Source of the DNA: Antedon mediterranea
Lineage: Eukaryota; Animalia; Echinodermata
Length of the DNA: 64,000 nt
NCBI RefSeq assembly: GCF_964355755.1
Contig: NC_092672.1
Span: 11,470,001-11,534,000 of the forward strand
Direction: 5' to 3'
The position numbers were made by a program, and so were the translations under genes. Each line of letters starts with the position of its first letter. The stretch's first letter is position 1. The notes below the pieces were generated by a model. It saw only the letters and a program-made list of their open reading frames with translations. It searched no databases and had not been told where the DNA came from. Below, one piece after another: positions 40,532-54,584 of the stretch.

Positions 40532-41150
40532 GTAAGTACTTGCAAAGACAAATATTGTATCCAGTACTTTCACTTTCTTGCTGGTTGTAAATAAAGTGGT
40601 CTAGAATGCCATTATCATTATTTTAAATTCTCCATTTACCCTCATTTTCTAATCTGTGCATTGAATCCAATTGGGAAGTGCCACCTACATGTTAACAAAG
40701 AGATAAGATAGAACATTAGTTTAGCACTTCATTTTACAATTTTTAGGGCAGGCTTCTTCATAAACAATACAACATGATGACATGCTTTAAGAGTTTTCCA
40801 AATCATATAAAATTATAAAGTTTGAATTGAAAAAAATGTTTTTTTTATACTTGGTGACCTTTTCAGTTCAAGACTGTTCTCCCAGATTAGCATACAACGA
40901 GAGAATCCCTCGAATTTACTTACTTATCCTACTCCTTTATCGTGCGCATTTTCAATGTATGTACAATGGATCAATGGCTTTGTCCCACCTGAAGGATGAA
41001 GCAGTGGAAGTATACAAGCAGTATGCCTTTTACAGTATTGCTAGTCCCATATCCCTTCCCTACCCTTCATGCCATCCTGCTCTATCAAATATATCTTTTT
41101 TCTTGTGAAGATGGAGAATACACATTTATTTGTTGTTTTTATATTTTTAG

Positions 41151-41409
41151 AGAGAATCCTCTTGATGCTGCCATGCAAGAGATGGCCAAGTTCCAGAACG
41201 TAGAAGAATGGTTAGATAGCATGAAAATGACACGATACAGAGATACATTTGAACATGCTGGGTACGTGAAACTACGCGACATCGCTCACCTTTGTGCCAA
41301 CGACCTGCCTCGACTCGGAATTAATCTTGTTGGACACCAGAAAAAGATTATGAAAGGGATTCAAATGATTCGAGCACGTATGGATTCTAATGGCGAAACA
41401 TTTGTATGA
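41151..41409 (+). CDS. Eph: Eph receptor last exon: SAM domain and PDZ-binding tail
   Basis: FQNVEEWLDSMKMTRYRDTF...DLPRLGINLVGHQKKIMKGIQ...ETFV*. Confidence 0.95.
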
Positions 41410-44400
41410 TGTTAGAGATGTGTATATTAGGTATGACGTGATTATTAAAAAGCGTCAACAATTACACTTTTAATATAAAAATAAGGATTATATAATATAG
41501 ATAAATTAAAACTGACAGAACAAATGAAATATAGTGATAAGATAAAGAAACTGGATTAAGTTTAATATGCAAATTTATACTGTGTATGGACATTGGTTGT
41601 AATATATGCATAATTATGCATACCATTTACATAAAATCACTACGAAATAAAATGTTATTCTCTGACATTTGACATGTTGTTGATTTCAACATTTTTTTTT
41701 TTTTAATAATTTTTGTTGTGGGGTGAGGGAGGAGGGAATGATAATATTAAATTAAAGCGCAAGGGTGAAATCGGTACAATAAAATGGTTTTCTGTAAAAA
41801 TATGAAAAATAATAAATTTCAAGAGTTGATATTAGGTAACGATGACACTAATTAATACCAGACCATTTTTATTTTAAACAAAGAATGGACTTTAGAAAAA
41901 TGCATAAAGATTATATCCTACAATAAAATTGTATAATATCGACAAGACTTTAACTTGTAATTTATACAAAACAAATGGGGATTGTCTTTAAGATGGAGAA
42001 TTTTATGTTAAGATATATTATCAAATTTGTTTGATTTTGCACAAAGATTTACCTAATTGTATCAGGTTGCACTAAGTAGAAGACGAAAATATTTTCATAA
42101 AATTGCATCTTCAAACTTCTGTAATTGAAATGAACATAAAAACATGAAATGACATTTGTATAATATTTAAGATTGTTTATTAGTTTAAAAGTCGATTTAA
42201 GCACAAACCTGTCTAGATTGGTTAACATTTCAGAGGGACTATTTTTGATCATTTGAAGTACAATGATCCAAGATGTTGGCGCCTTCTCGTAAAGTTTACT
42301 GGAACTGGAATTGGCACACATTTATAGTTGGTTAAATGTCCCAACAGATTTTGATTAATATATGTATATGAGTATATATTATAAATAAAAGTAAACCAAA
42401 ATAAAGGAAAAATAAATATAAAATTGCCAGATGAATGACATAAAACAAAAATAAGTAAAACTGCTTTATCTGACCAGGGAAGAGAGAAAGTACATAATTT
42501 CACTCTTCCCTTATCTGACATTGTAACAAGAGGAACCTTCTAAGCGGTAATTTATCCATTGAAGATAAAATGTTTTTATATTTTAATTTCACTTCGTCCA
42601 CACAGTGGCAATTAAGGGATAATTGTACTGAAATGTCATAAATCTTGCTGTTTTAAGAGTTTCAAGATTTAATATTATAATAATATAAGTATACAAAATA
42701 TGTATATAAAAATTTTAATATCTTAGTGTGATTTATTTGAAGATATTTGAAAGAGATGTAAGTATAATAGGTGTGTATACCTTGTACTTGCAACCTAAAA
42801 TAAAAAAATAGTTATAAGGAATTATATTTTTATTTAACTCTACTGAATTCATTTATGAAACATGAAATGTTCAGTAATGCAAAGTTTATAAACTTGTTTA
42901 AATGTTTTATTTTTAAAATATGTAAAGTACAGTTAATGTGATACATTATCAACATCATCAGTGGCCTGTTACTTAAATTGTAATATTTTTGTTATGATAA
43001 GCATTGTTGTACAATAAGCAATAGGCCTATACATATCATTGATTACTCAACACTCTGAATTTTGATATTGTATTTTTTCTGCGTTTAGGAGAAAAAAAGT
43101 ATTTTATGTTGATTTTGACATGTTTCATTATAGAAGGAGTTTTTACGAAACAATCAAAGTTTTTATTTAGCCTGATTTATGTTTTATATTTACAGTATTT
43201 GTTATACTTTTGCCTTTCCAATATCTGTCCGAATACTGTAAAAATACAGTATTATTGTTATCATCAAAATCAATATCATTATTATTAGCATAAATTAAGT
43301 TTATTTGAAAATCATCATTGTTGTCTTCAAAATCAGTGCCATGTTCTTCTTAACATCATCAGGATCATCATCATAAGTGTCATTTGTCAACTTTTTTCAG
43401 TAATATCATTATCATGATGGTCTTGGAAACAATATGATTATCATTTGTTGTATCAACATCATCCGCATCAAAATCATTTTTTATTTTTTGTCCAATGGCA
43501 GAGACATTTTATAAATTGGCCAATTCTCTATTGACATGGTTACCTGTAGTGTTAATTTGTGTTGTTAAGGATTAAGTCCCTTGCATTGTTGATTATTTTT
43601 ATATGTGACTTTTATAAATTCGTCTCTGGTACCTCATTTCCATTTGCACCAACTTTTAAACTACTGACAAATGTGAATAATGATAATTAAATTTTGACTG
43701 GCAGTAAGAGCGATTAAGATAAATATGATTGTGACTTTTTTATACAGAAATATTCTCGCATAGCCTAGATTAGTATACAGTAATTAAAAGCTCCGCTCGT
43801 AACACACTGTAGGCACAATCTTAAATCCGTTTTCACATGTCATCCTTCTTTATCATTTCGAGCTTCCATTCTCCTATTAAAATACCTCCTTGTAGAAAAC
43901 ATATTTTATATTTGCTGTGAAAAATACTAGATTTATATATTACGCAATATGGGTGTTAGTAAAAAAGAGAGTTTGCAATATTGTCATTGTAGAACATTTT
44001 GTTTGATATATGTGACATATTTTGTTGATAAAAATTACAATAAGAAAATTTGTTGTCTGGGTTTTAAAACCATGAATAGGTGACCTTTGACATGAAGATC
44101 CCATCCCTAACAGAATGCTGTATTGATCTCTTGACTCAATAGTTTAAAAATTAGTTCTTGCATATCAATCCTTGTTAAATTACTTACGCCGGTACTTTGA
44201 AAGTTTTATAATGCTACTATTCTAAAAGAAAAATTACTTTTACTCTTTCTTTAAGAGGCTATTTTCATAGGTACTTTAATTTCATATTTTTATCACTTTA
44301 TTTACACCTTACCTATTTTTGTTTGTTTAGGAATGTTTTTTTTTTGATATGCCTTTTATTTACTCCTGGTTATATTTATTAATTCACTGTAAAATAAGTA

Positions 44401-44794
44401 TTTTTAATGACTGTGTTTACTGATTTTAATATTTGTTGATTCAACCAAAGTTGAATAAGTTTCTTTTAGAGTCTTTCTGTAAAAAAAAAGATATTGTCTA
44501 GAGTGGAGAGGATTGATAAGATCCTCCAACAAATTGTTGTAAATAAGATATTAGCCAAAAATGTTGTAAAAATTGCAAATTTTACCCGGGTTGATCATCC
44601 AGTCGACCAATAGATTATATTAAAACGATAATTTGATTTAATCTTTTTTTAAAGGTCGATTTCAAGTAGAATATCTTTCGAACTAGCAATATAAACGTAG
44701 CATGGTTGGTTGTAATTATGGAAAAGAAATAAAAATGCTTGTTTAAAAAGTGCCATCTTTATATTATTTTTTTGTTGTGAAGTAGACATACTTT

Positions 44795-45010
44795 GTAGCC
44801 ATTTTGAAGAAAATATGTCTGTGTATTATTATCAAATAGGTAGCATTTTGAAAAGGCCATATTTTGGATGATTTTGTCAAAAAATCGGCAATTTGTTTTT
44901 GGTCTTATGACACCATAAGAAATAATACGTTAATATAGCACTACTAGTACAAAATAACTGAATTTTAAAAAGGCCATATTGTTTATGTTTTTGCAATTTT
45001 TTTGCAAAAG
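44795..45010. repeat. degenerate repeat tract, same family and orientation as 51000-51450
   Basis: Shared blocks TGGTC(C/T)TATGA..., TAG(T/C)ACA(A/T)AATAACTG and AAAAGGCCATATT(T/A)TGGATGATT. Confidence 0.6.
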
Positions 45011-45828
45011 AGGAACCTGATAATGATTTATTTATTGTTATTGATATAATTAATTAACTATTATACAATTATATTGACGTGATGCCCACTGGTAACCAAG
45101 GTGACAGCAAGCAACACTGATGGAGAAATGTTTAATATTTTCCTCCTAAAAACCAAGCAACACTTATGGCAATGATGTTTGTCATATGACAACAAAAGTC
45201 TACATCTACTCTGGGAGTTCAGGGTATTTTTCAAGATACCGATTGGTTGTTGCCCAGAGAACATAAATATTGATTCCGGTGCCTCGCGCCCACCTCCTCG
45301 TTTTCCAACTTTCAAAGTACGACAATAAAGTTAGTAGTTCCACGGAGGATAGATTGTTAATGAAGATAATAGAATCTAAATTTTCAAAAGGTGATACCGA
45401 TATTCGGTTGCACTGCTACCTTTTGGGTTATCTAGGCCACAAGAAAGTTAAGGAATATATTTTCAACCGCTTGGAAATATTACGTATCCATGTTGTTGTT
45501 AATAGATGACTATCTATTTCGAAATAATGAGAATCAATTTTAATTCATTAATATTTAATGTTTCTTCTGAACTTTATTCAATCAATTTAGTTATGTAATT
45601 ATAAAGTGTGCCTATGAATTTTAAAATATTAAAACTATTTATTATGTAAGAACAAATGAAATGTTATGGGTAACATACTGTAAATATTAATATAATAATT
45701 TCAATTGTAATGTAACAAAATAATATTGTATAGAAAATCTAAATTGAAGTAAAATACAACTGTTTATAATCATCGGCTGATACGTGCTTGTGATTGTTGC
45801 CATTATGTGGAGAGTGTCAGAAGAACGT

Positions 45829-46029
45829 TTACTTATTTTGTGCACATGCGCACTTTATTAATTTTGTGCACTCTTTCTTGTGGACTGGCCAATGCCTATT
45901 AAAACATTTAGAAGCGCAATAGAAATGCGTTCCACAATGCATTTTACATGGAAAGTACGGAGGAAACGTTGCTTTACCACATGCGTCACAAAAACGAACT
46001 TCCAGCTTTGTTGTCATTTCTGCTTTTAC
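45829..46029 (-). CDS. orphan gene, last exon: MYND-type zinc finger
   Basis: tctccttag| VKAEMTTKLEVRFCDACGK...CKMHCGTHFYCASKCFNRHWPVHKKEC...*; MYND signature YCxxxCxxxHWxxHKxxC; phase 0; AATAAA downstream on the minus strand near 45640. Confidence 0.8.
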   Translation of the reverse strand, partial: VKAEMTTKLEVRFCDACGKATFPPYFPCKMHCGTHFYCASKCFNRHWPVHKKECTKLIKCACAQNK

Positions 46030-46426
46030 CTAAGGAGAGAAAAAACAAAATCAAAATCAATCAACGTCGTCTGAATGTTTTAATTTCAGTCAATGTTCGT
46101 TTAGAGTAATTTTAATATTCATTTTCAGCTATTACTTTTGGGTAGAAATAGGCCTACTGCACTAGGCATACGGTTTTTGATGGACGTGTAAATAAATAAA
46201 TAATTTATATTAAATGCTTGCTTGCAACAAATAAATTAACTGAAAGTATGTTTGATACAACATAGGCCTAATATATTTTGTTATAAAATGTTATAAAAAA
46301 AAATTGCAATACATCGATCCATTCACCTGCTCCGTGGCAGTGTATGTAGGCCTAGCTCCGTGGCAGTGTATGTACACATTATTATGGTATAGAATAAATA
46401 TTAGATGAATTTGGAATTTGTTTTAC

Positions 46427-49411
46427 CTTTCCGTTTCGGTTTCTTGTTCTTCTTTTACATCTTTTGATCAATCTTGTTGTTGGTTTATTAATACGTTTTG
46501 CTCTATAGTTATTCAGTGTTCTGTCATATTTATTTGTTAAACAAGAAAACTCATCATCTGATTCTTCAAAGTTGAAATCCCAATCTTCTTCATTGTACGA
46601 AATGTCTTCCGAGTTGTCAAGTTCAATTTGTTTGTTATTATTACAACTTTCATCAACTTCTTTGGAAATTTCATTGGCTGGTTTCTCATTCTCGTTGTGT
46701 GTTTTTTCAAGTTTCGCAAGCTTATCACATTGGTTAGCTGGTTTATTTCCTTTCATATCGTCATTATTTTCATAAGGTACCTTAACATCATTTTCCTTTG
46801 TAATTTTAACTACTAATTCATTTTCGGTAATAGCGTATTCTGTGGAATCTTTAGTATTTTTGTTATTGCATTCATTTGCATGGTCTTCAACATTTTTAGC
46901 GGTCACTTTTTGCATAGGTGGGGGAAGTAAATATTTTTTTCTTCTTCGTTTATTATTTTTCTTTTTCTTCTTGTTACCTTTATTGGTTACAGTAGGTTTT
47001 TCACTTTCCGTGGTTGTTGTTTGTTTAGGTGGAGATGTTTGAACATTTTCAGATTTTTTAGCAAGAGTGACATGAGTAGCAGTGGTCAAGTCTTGTTTTG
47101 TCGAGCTATATTTGTTGGCACAAACCCAACAACTATGGTCACCCGCATCTCCAGAATATGAAATTGCTCTGAAAACCAATGTATCTCCTTCTGGTGCATA
47201 TGTTACTTGGAAATGCTGTCCAGTTTCATTTTCCTCGAAAACCCAAGAATATTCTTTATGTAGTGGCAATGTTTTAGCAATATTCTTATCAGCTAACGTA
47301 TCAGCCGATAATTTTGTTATGGTAAGTACATGCAGTAATTTAGTTGTCTGGTCAAACACATGATTACTCGATGTTGCTTTTTTGTTCTGACCAGAAATAG
47401 TATCTGTAACGCAATCAGAACAATTGAAAGGTAAACATACCAGATTGCTCCGTGTCTCTGTGTTTAGATGTTTTGCAATAATTTCAAATTGCGTTTCTTC
47501 TATTTCCTCTAACATTTCCAGGAAAATCTTTGGAGATAATGTGTCATTGTCCTGATTCCAAATTTGTAAGTAGAAAACATTACATGATTGAGAAGATTCA
47601 TCCTTTTTTATATCAATTGTAAGTTGACGTCCATGTTTTCGATTCTTCATTAGGACGATTATTTTCTCAGGAAAATAGTTAAGTTGTGAAATCTTTCCAA
47701 TATACAAATCGACATCAGGTGATTCACTTACTTCCGTTTTGCCTTTTATGATGAATAGTTTTTCGTTTTCAGCGTAATTGTTACCAAAACGATTTTTAAT
47801 TTGTAAAAAAAGTTCATCTATCTGCTTTACTGCTGTCTTTTTAACAGTATTAAGCAAATCGTTAATATCCTTTGCTACGTTGTTAGTAGATAGTCCTAAT
47901 GTCTGTTCTTTTTTGTCTACTAAATATACTGATTCTTCTTCATGCTGCTTGCTACCGTTTCCTTCCGTTAATATTGCGCGACTATCCGTTTTAGATTTAG
48001 GACATTGTGATGTTGCTTCACATCGATTCAATTCTATCATAATACGTTTACCTGAAGAATCGCAATCGGTGGGTACCAGTTCATGTTTACCAGAGTTGTC
48101 AGTATTTTCATGGGCTTCTGAAATACCCGTTGTGTTATTTTTTGTCCCAGGATGAACTTGTATAGAAGTAATTGGGGCTTGGGTTTCTTTTAATTGAATA
48201 TGCTTTCTGATTTCCTTTTTTATTATACATTTTAATTTGGTTTTTAAGTGTTCAGACTCCAGAGTATTTACTTTAATGGATGTATTTCTAGTAAAGCTAG
48301 GCTGCTGTTTGCTCTGATGTGTTGTCGGGCTAGTATTATTTAGACTCATAGTTTCTTTCTCAGAAATGGCAGTTTTGGCAGCAATATCTGCTGATGATGC
48401 AAGAGTATTTATTAGATGATTTTCAGATATTGTATTTGCATTGGTGTTTTTAAAAACGGATACTCGCATATTTGTCTTAATCTCTGTTTTAGAGTAGTCA
48501 TTCTCTCGATTCTCTTCAGATTGTTTCTTCATTTTGATTAAATCTGGCTCTTGGGTATTTTCATTTGTATCAATTACCGAAAACAAACGTAATGGATCTT
48601 TTTTTAAATGATCGTGATCTTCTAAGTTCAATTTTTCGAATTCAATAGTAATATCTTCAGCAATGTCTGCTTGAAATTTGTCTTGTAATTTTATGACGTT
48701 TTTATCGTCGGTACAACTAGTTTTATCAACACCTTTGGAAACTGTGACTACTTGGCTGCACTTTGATGGCAATACTTTTTTAGTTTCATATTTTCTTATG
48801 GTGCTTGCAATAGGATTTTGTTGAGCTGGAAGCTGGATTGGTGCTTTCGGTTTGCTACCCACATAATTGCACTTTTTAAGATTAGGATAATCAGTTAAAA
48901 CTTTGCTTTTGGACTTTGTAGTCATTGCTTCATTATTACAACTGTTTGTAATTGATTGGGGTTGGTGTTTTTCAGTGCTGAAGCAAACTTGACTAGTAGC
49001 ATGTTGACTGTTCACATTGGTTCTTTTCAAATTATGTTGGAAACGCTCTATATTATCCCCAGAAGGTATATTTGTTATGTAATCATGACCATTTAATTCG
49101 TTTATGCACTTCGAAGCTTTTGACTGCGACCCATTCTTTATTTGTGAAACCTCAAAGAGTTCTGTCATATTGGTAGAAGTCACAACTATACCATTATCCA
49201 ACGAGCAAACAACTTTCTTGGTGCAGTTTAGTCCACGGTCAGATACGTCGCTATTTGCTATTGGATTCGTTAGTACTTCATTTTTTTCAGCAGTAGAATC
49301 TGTAAATAAGTGCACCTCTTGAGAGGACAACTTCTTTTCAAACAATCCATTCGACAACCAACCAGCATCATTATCAAATGTTGCTTTATCGTCATCAACC
49401 ACTAATAACCC
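46427..49411 (-). CDS. orphan gene, 2985-nt central exon (low-complexity, basic NLS-like tract, possible folded core)
   Basis: Part of the 1014-aa open frame. Acceptor gactaat...tactcacag|GGG and donor GGAAAG|gtaaaa are both phase 0. Contains a KGNKKKKKNNKRRRKK tract. Confidence 0.8.
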
Positions 49412-49703
49412 CTGTGAGTACAACATAAATTAGTCATATTTAAATTGAAATTAGCGTAGCAAAGTATACAAAGGGGCCAGGGTCGGATTTATCATACTTG
49501 CATAAATTCGTCTTGATTTTGTGTTAAATCCCGTAGCGTAAGCATAATAAGTTTTACCAGAAATCATAAGAAACACTTTCCATATGTTGTGCAGTATTAA
49601 TTTAAAAGTAAAGTACTTTCGATTAACAACAAACAAAAACTTCAAAATGTGTGTAGGAACCATGGCGGTACGATAACTTTCATATTTTCTCGGCCTCCAA
49701 CAT

Positions 49704-49835
49704 ATTCGTATAATGGTACAAATAATGGCATTTGGTGAATGATGAAAGGTAAATATATATATTATAACCTTTCATCTTTCACCTCATCATGCCATCATTT
49801 GTATAATATACTCATAAACATTCATTATTTGTATA
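49704..49835. mobile_element. long-palindrome element, degenerate copy B
   Basis: AATGGTACAAATAATGGCA..GGTGAATGATGAAAGGT / ACCTTTCATC..CTCATAAACATTCATTATTTGTAT; same family as 26971. Confidence 0.7.
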
Positions 49836-50142
49836 CCAATGGATATCAAATTAAGGTAATATAAAAATAGATATTTCATTCTTTAATATCTGGCCAATGC
49901 AATAGGCTATAACAACTCAATGACTGTTAAATTTTTTATAAACCTCGTTTAAATATACCATTTAGTCGGCGATTTAACCTGCCCCCTCGAGGACTAAAAA
50001 AATCGATCAAAATCAAGTCGCCGATTTAGTTGAAGTTCGGTTTATGAATCAAAAAATGACGTCATTTTTTTAATTTTTAGCTTGAACTACGACTAAAATC
50101 CGGTTTAAGAATACGGATGCTAGGCCTAGCCTAGTCACTTAC

Positions 50143-50211
50143 TTGGTCTTTTCTTGCTTTAGGTCTAGATGGTCTATCTTTCTTGTCGCCTTTTGATTGA
50201 TGTCCACCCAT
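50143..50211 (-). CDS. orphan gene, predicted first coding exon (MGGHQSK..., N-myristoylation motif)
   Basis: aaaATGG start, MGGHQSKGDKKDRPSRPKARKDQ, then a perfect |GTAAGT donor; phase 0 matches the 49411 acceptor. An alternative in-frame ATG sits at 50259. Confidence 0.62.
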
Positions 50212-50999
50212 TTTCAGTAGACCATTAAACTTTTGTATAAATTTCGAAACTTTCGTCATTTACGGCAATGTTTTGGAAATTACTTCTTTTAGTCTATAGT
50301 CTAGCCGCCTAGTAGGCATAAACATGTTTACATATCAAAGTATTCTAGTTTTTTGTGTTTAGAATACGTGCAACAACAACAACAAAATCAATACAATTAT
50401 TCTGAAGAAGGTACGCGCTTCTTCTATATCGAAGGTATAATAGGCCTACTTGTTTCACCCCGCGTACTTGACTACGCCAACGCAGAATTCGCGATCGAAA
50501 CACATCAGAGCGCGCCAAAAGGTACGTGTTTTAGAATTTTATAGATTAACCTAATGCGGTTGATATGTGCAATTGATATGTGTACACTTTCACTTCAAAT
50601 GTATGTTAAGACCGAGTGCTTCGAAAATAAAGACCTCAACAAAACATTATTAATATGTTTTTAGAGGGCGTTTATTCGAGGGAGGCGTTTATTTTGTTGG
50701 GTGTAATAATGAAATGAACACTGTTGTAAAAGTGAACTCAAATAATCCGACAGGATATGACTTGAATGAAATTCAAAAACAATCATTACATAAAAATGAT
50801 GAGATTATACACGAATATAATTAGATATAAATAATCGTATAATATAATACCATATAGCTATGATATGCTTCGAACTTTTTTGAAATTGTAAACTATAGGC
50901 TATGTCTCGCAATTTTGGAAATGATATAAATGCGTGCTTCGCCTGCCTCGCTGTCTTGTACTTTGTCAAAACTCGTCAAAAGATGACGGACCATTTTAG

Positions 51000-51450
51000 T
51001 CGACATTTTAATATGTCGATATCAAGTGGTCCAATCATACCATGAGATGGTTATATGACAATGTTTGCATATAGGACTATGCTTATTAGTGTATGACTAT
51101 TAAATTAAAACTAAAGCCATGTTTTGGACGAATTTGCAAAAAACAATATACCGCAGTACATGGACTTTGTCGGAAAATAGACACATTCATTTCAGTTTTC
51201 GGTCAAGGGGTATTGACACATAAAGTGGTCCTATGAAATAACAAGATGGTTATATATGACAATATACGTCCACATATGATGCTATTAGCACATAATAACT
51301 GCATAAAAAGGCCATATTATGGATGATTATAGGGACCTTAATACAAATTTACAAATAGGCCTATCGTTATTATTTTATATTTTTCATGTGGTCCATTGGC
51401 ACCGTGGGAGGGTTATATAGTTAGTTAGTGCATAATAACTGAATTATAAA
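51000..51450. repeat. degenerate tandem repeat (~3 units of ~160-200 bp)
   Basis: GTGGTCC...GGTTATAT recurs near 51026, 51225 and 51388, with AAAG(G)CCAT(G/A)TT(T/A)TGGA blocks. Confidence 0.6.
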
Positions 51451-53030
51451 CGATGCTGGGGCATAAGCCAATAAGTAAACAGGCTATCGGAGAAACACGG
51501 AGGTTGACAAATGTAAGTACTGTTTGTAGTTTGTAGACCGACTACTTGAGTCATTAATGCAAACATTTTTTTAGAAGTAACAATTATAAATTAAAGACGC
51601 GCAGTGCAGCTATGAAAGTCATTCAATATTCATGAATATCTTTATTTTTTTCATACTTCATATTTTACATCTCATCGCAAGTGATGAATCATGCATAATA
51701 TTTATAATATACAAAATGAACAAGCATATATATATTTACATTCATGGATTTTATAAATATGCGTTCTTAAATTAACTTTGATCAATCGGTATCAAAACGA
51801 TTTTATCGCATTGTTGATTGTGATGATATAAATGTACTAACTTATTCCAAGCCTTACTTCTACAAAACTAAGTAGTAAAATTCTTGCTTATTCGACGACT
51901 GGCCAATTATTTTGATAATAATAATATATAATATTAATTATGTGATTCATATTCTGTCACGTAATGTTACTTACTTATAACATATAATTTATAAGTAGGC
52001 GTGCGAAATTTTAAATCTTCGACGTCTCAGCAGGCAGAAATTATTGGATAAATTAGGACAATCTAGAGGGCGGGCTACATAAGCATGTGCATATCGAGTA
52101 GGTTTTATCAATGGTCATGAACAATAACGATATTTATTTACATTATTTTATTTATTTATCTGCAAGCATCTTTTCACACAAAGTAGAAACAATAAACAAA
52201 GCGTCCCAGCGTGATAAGCTCGCGCACACAAGTATACGTTAAAGGGACAGACATTAACTGATTAGAGTAAGCCTATTCGGACAAAACTATTCGGACATAA
52301 TTGACGTTGAGGATTTGACGACGGAAAATACAACAAATAATTTTCTCCGTCAGAGAAATATATTCGCGTGGTTGCTCTCTCTAAGAAAACACTGCGTAGA
52401 TTGGCGAAGTATTCATATTTGTATACTCTGGGTGCTTTCCGCAAACATGTTTTCCCTTCTAATTTAACATATTGATAGATAATAGAGGTAATTGTCGTTT
52501 CCAATATATAGTGAAAATAATAAGTTTAAATAATAATACTGCTTATTCATTAACATCAAAGACAAACAAATTGTGTCCATGTTAATTAATAACTTAAATA
52601 TTTATATACTACACATGGTTTTTGTACAATAACAATACAGTGACTATGAAATTAAAATATGATTTTTTTTTTCGTCGTTTACCCTGTTTTACAACACAAT
52701 ACCCGCTTCAGAGATATTAACTGCATCAAGTATTCATCATTATACTGAATCCGTCAGTTCACTTTGATATTAAATCGTCGATCCTGACCTCAATTCCATA
52801 ATTATATATTGGTGACATTTATTTTTGAACCTCAGTTATCACCACGTACAATTGTATTATGTTTAGCCCTTTTGCAAACATTCAACCAATCAGAATCGAC
52901 TATTATCATAGTTCGTGGTAGTCCTAATATTCCACCAATTAGATTCAACCACCACTTTAGCCAATCAATATTCATCTGAGTTATAGGTGCTGCCTGGTTG
53001 TCCTTTTTGACATGCGCAGTGAATACCTTT

Positions 53031-53129
53031 TTATTGTCCTAATAACATTCCTGAGAAATCAGAGCCACTTTGAATTGTTATCGTCATTCCTGAACTGTTA
53101 TCGACGTATATTGATGCATACTGATGTTC
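53031..53129 (-). CDS. adipolin/erythroferrone-like C1q protein, last exon
   Basis: ttttag| [32 protein letters not shown], matching the C1QTNF12/ERFE C-terminus pattern (YxSvfvDN...FSgxLLG). Confidence 0.9.
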   Translation of the reverse strand, partial: EHQYASIYVDNSSGMTITIQSGSDFSGMLLGQ

Positions 53130-53839
53130 CTAAAACAAAACATTATTTTTATTAAAATATAGTAATACTGATGATGTACGTAGGCCTACGCTAATACGCT
53201 ATGGGTCCGAACATAGTCTTCAAAGATCTCCATATCAATATAACACCAACAGCATCTTTACTTGGTTCTCACTAGGATGCAACACAAGGACGTAAGCGCA
53301 ACGAAGGTAATTTGACTAATCACAAGCGATAACATATTCGAACTGCCGCTTGTCATTGGTCAATTCGCATTTGTGCATATTGTATTATCATAAAACAAGG
53401 GTATTCTATCTGTCACTCAACGAGATACACGTGAGCAACATCAGTTTTCAAATACGCCATTGACATCGTAATTTGACCAATCACAAGCGATAACATAAAA
53501 GCAACTATTTTATGTCTACATTTTTAACAACCAATGTATAAGTATCCAATTGATTCAAAATCTTTTTTAATGTTGCCTCTTTTACGTATGTACATTTTTA
53601 TATTAACTTTTTTCTTATGTATTTTGATGTTTTTCACTTGTAATTTAAATGTTTTTATCTACTATACACCTTTTTAAATATTTTATCAATTGTAGACAAG
53701 CAATTCAGTTTTACTACTTCCAGTTGTGATTATTTTTTTTGAATAAAATTGAATAAAAAAAATAATATTTTCCGTTTGCGTAGGCTATATACCATAAGTA
53801 AAAGATACTATTTTGTGCATTATGCATAAGTCACCTTAC

Positions 53840-53918
53840 CTCTAGTTTTAGAAGACCACTTAATGAGACGGTAAACACACGACTGTTGCTTGAAAGACCG
53901 GATATATATTCCAATGAC
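53840..53918 (-). CDS. adipolin/ERFE-like exon
   Basis: tatag| (T)SLEYISGLSSNSRVFTVSLSGLLKLE |gtaagg; phase 2-0. Confidence 0.9.
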
Positions 53919-54381
53919 CTATACATAATAAATAAAATTTTTAAAACTAAATATTTGTTTGTGGCATAACAAGAGGACAGCTGAGACGTCAGAGTATCTG
54001 CGACACTGTTTAAGGTAGATTAGTTTTAATTAACGTCAAATACAAGCATTTTCGTTTCCATGATTAAAATAATAATTGTATCTAAATCAATTTATAGTCA
54101 GAATGTAATGGATGTAAATTTATAATATACAAACATATCTATAATTAATAATCCACTAAATAGGTATGATGGTGAAAATTGTGAAGCATACAGTTTGGGT
54201 GTTCACTTCCTGTGTAAAAATAGAGAGAATAAATTCTGGCGGCGGAGCGCCCTCAACTTATGTAATGTATGTAGGCCTAATGTATATATCTATGTAAAAA
54301 AATATCGCAGGCGGGTTGCGCTCAAATTAGACATGCTTACATTATTAGGAATTTATAAGTAAAAACTTCAATAAAACTCAC

Positions 54382-54584
54382 GTGTGTCTATGACAAAGTG
54401 AATCAATACAGATTAGAATCCTGATATGATCCCTGTTTTTTAATTCTCGTAATCTTTTTTTGGATGTTGGATGATTGATATGCATATTTGCCGATAATTG
54501 GTATATACCAGTCCTTTCTGCTGTATATCGTCCTGTTTTCAAATCTAAGCCATCGCCACGTTTGAACGATCCTCCTCCGAATGG
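54382..54584 (-). CDS. adipolin/ERFE-like exon (C1q domain)
   Basis: PFGGGSFKRGDGLDLKTGRYTAERTGIYQLSANMHI...RILICIDSLCHRH; |gtgagt; phase 0-2. Confidence 0.92.

Noticed and set aside
53168-53220. CTGATGA as a hammerhead core
   Set aside because: No downstream GAAA with compatible stems.
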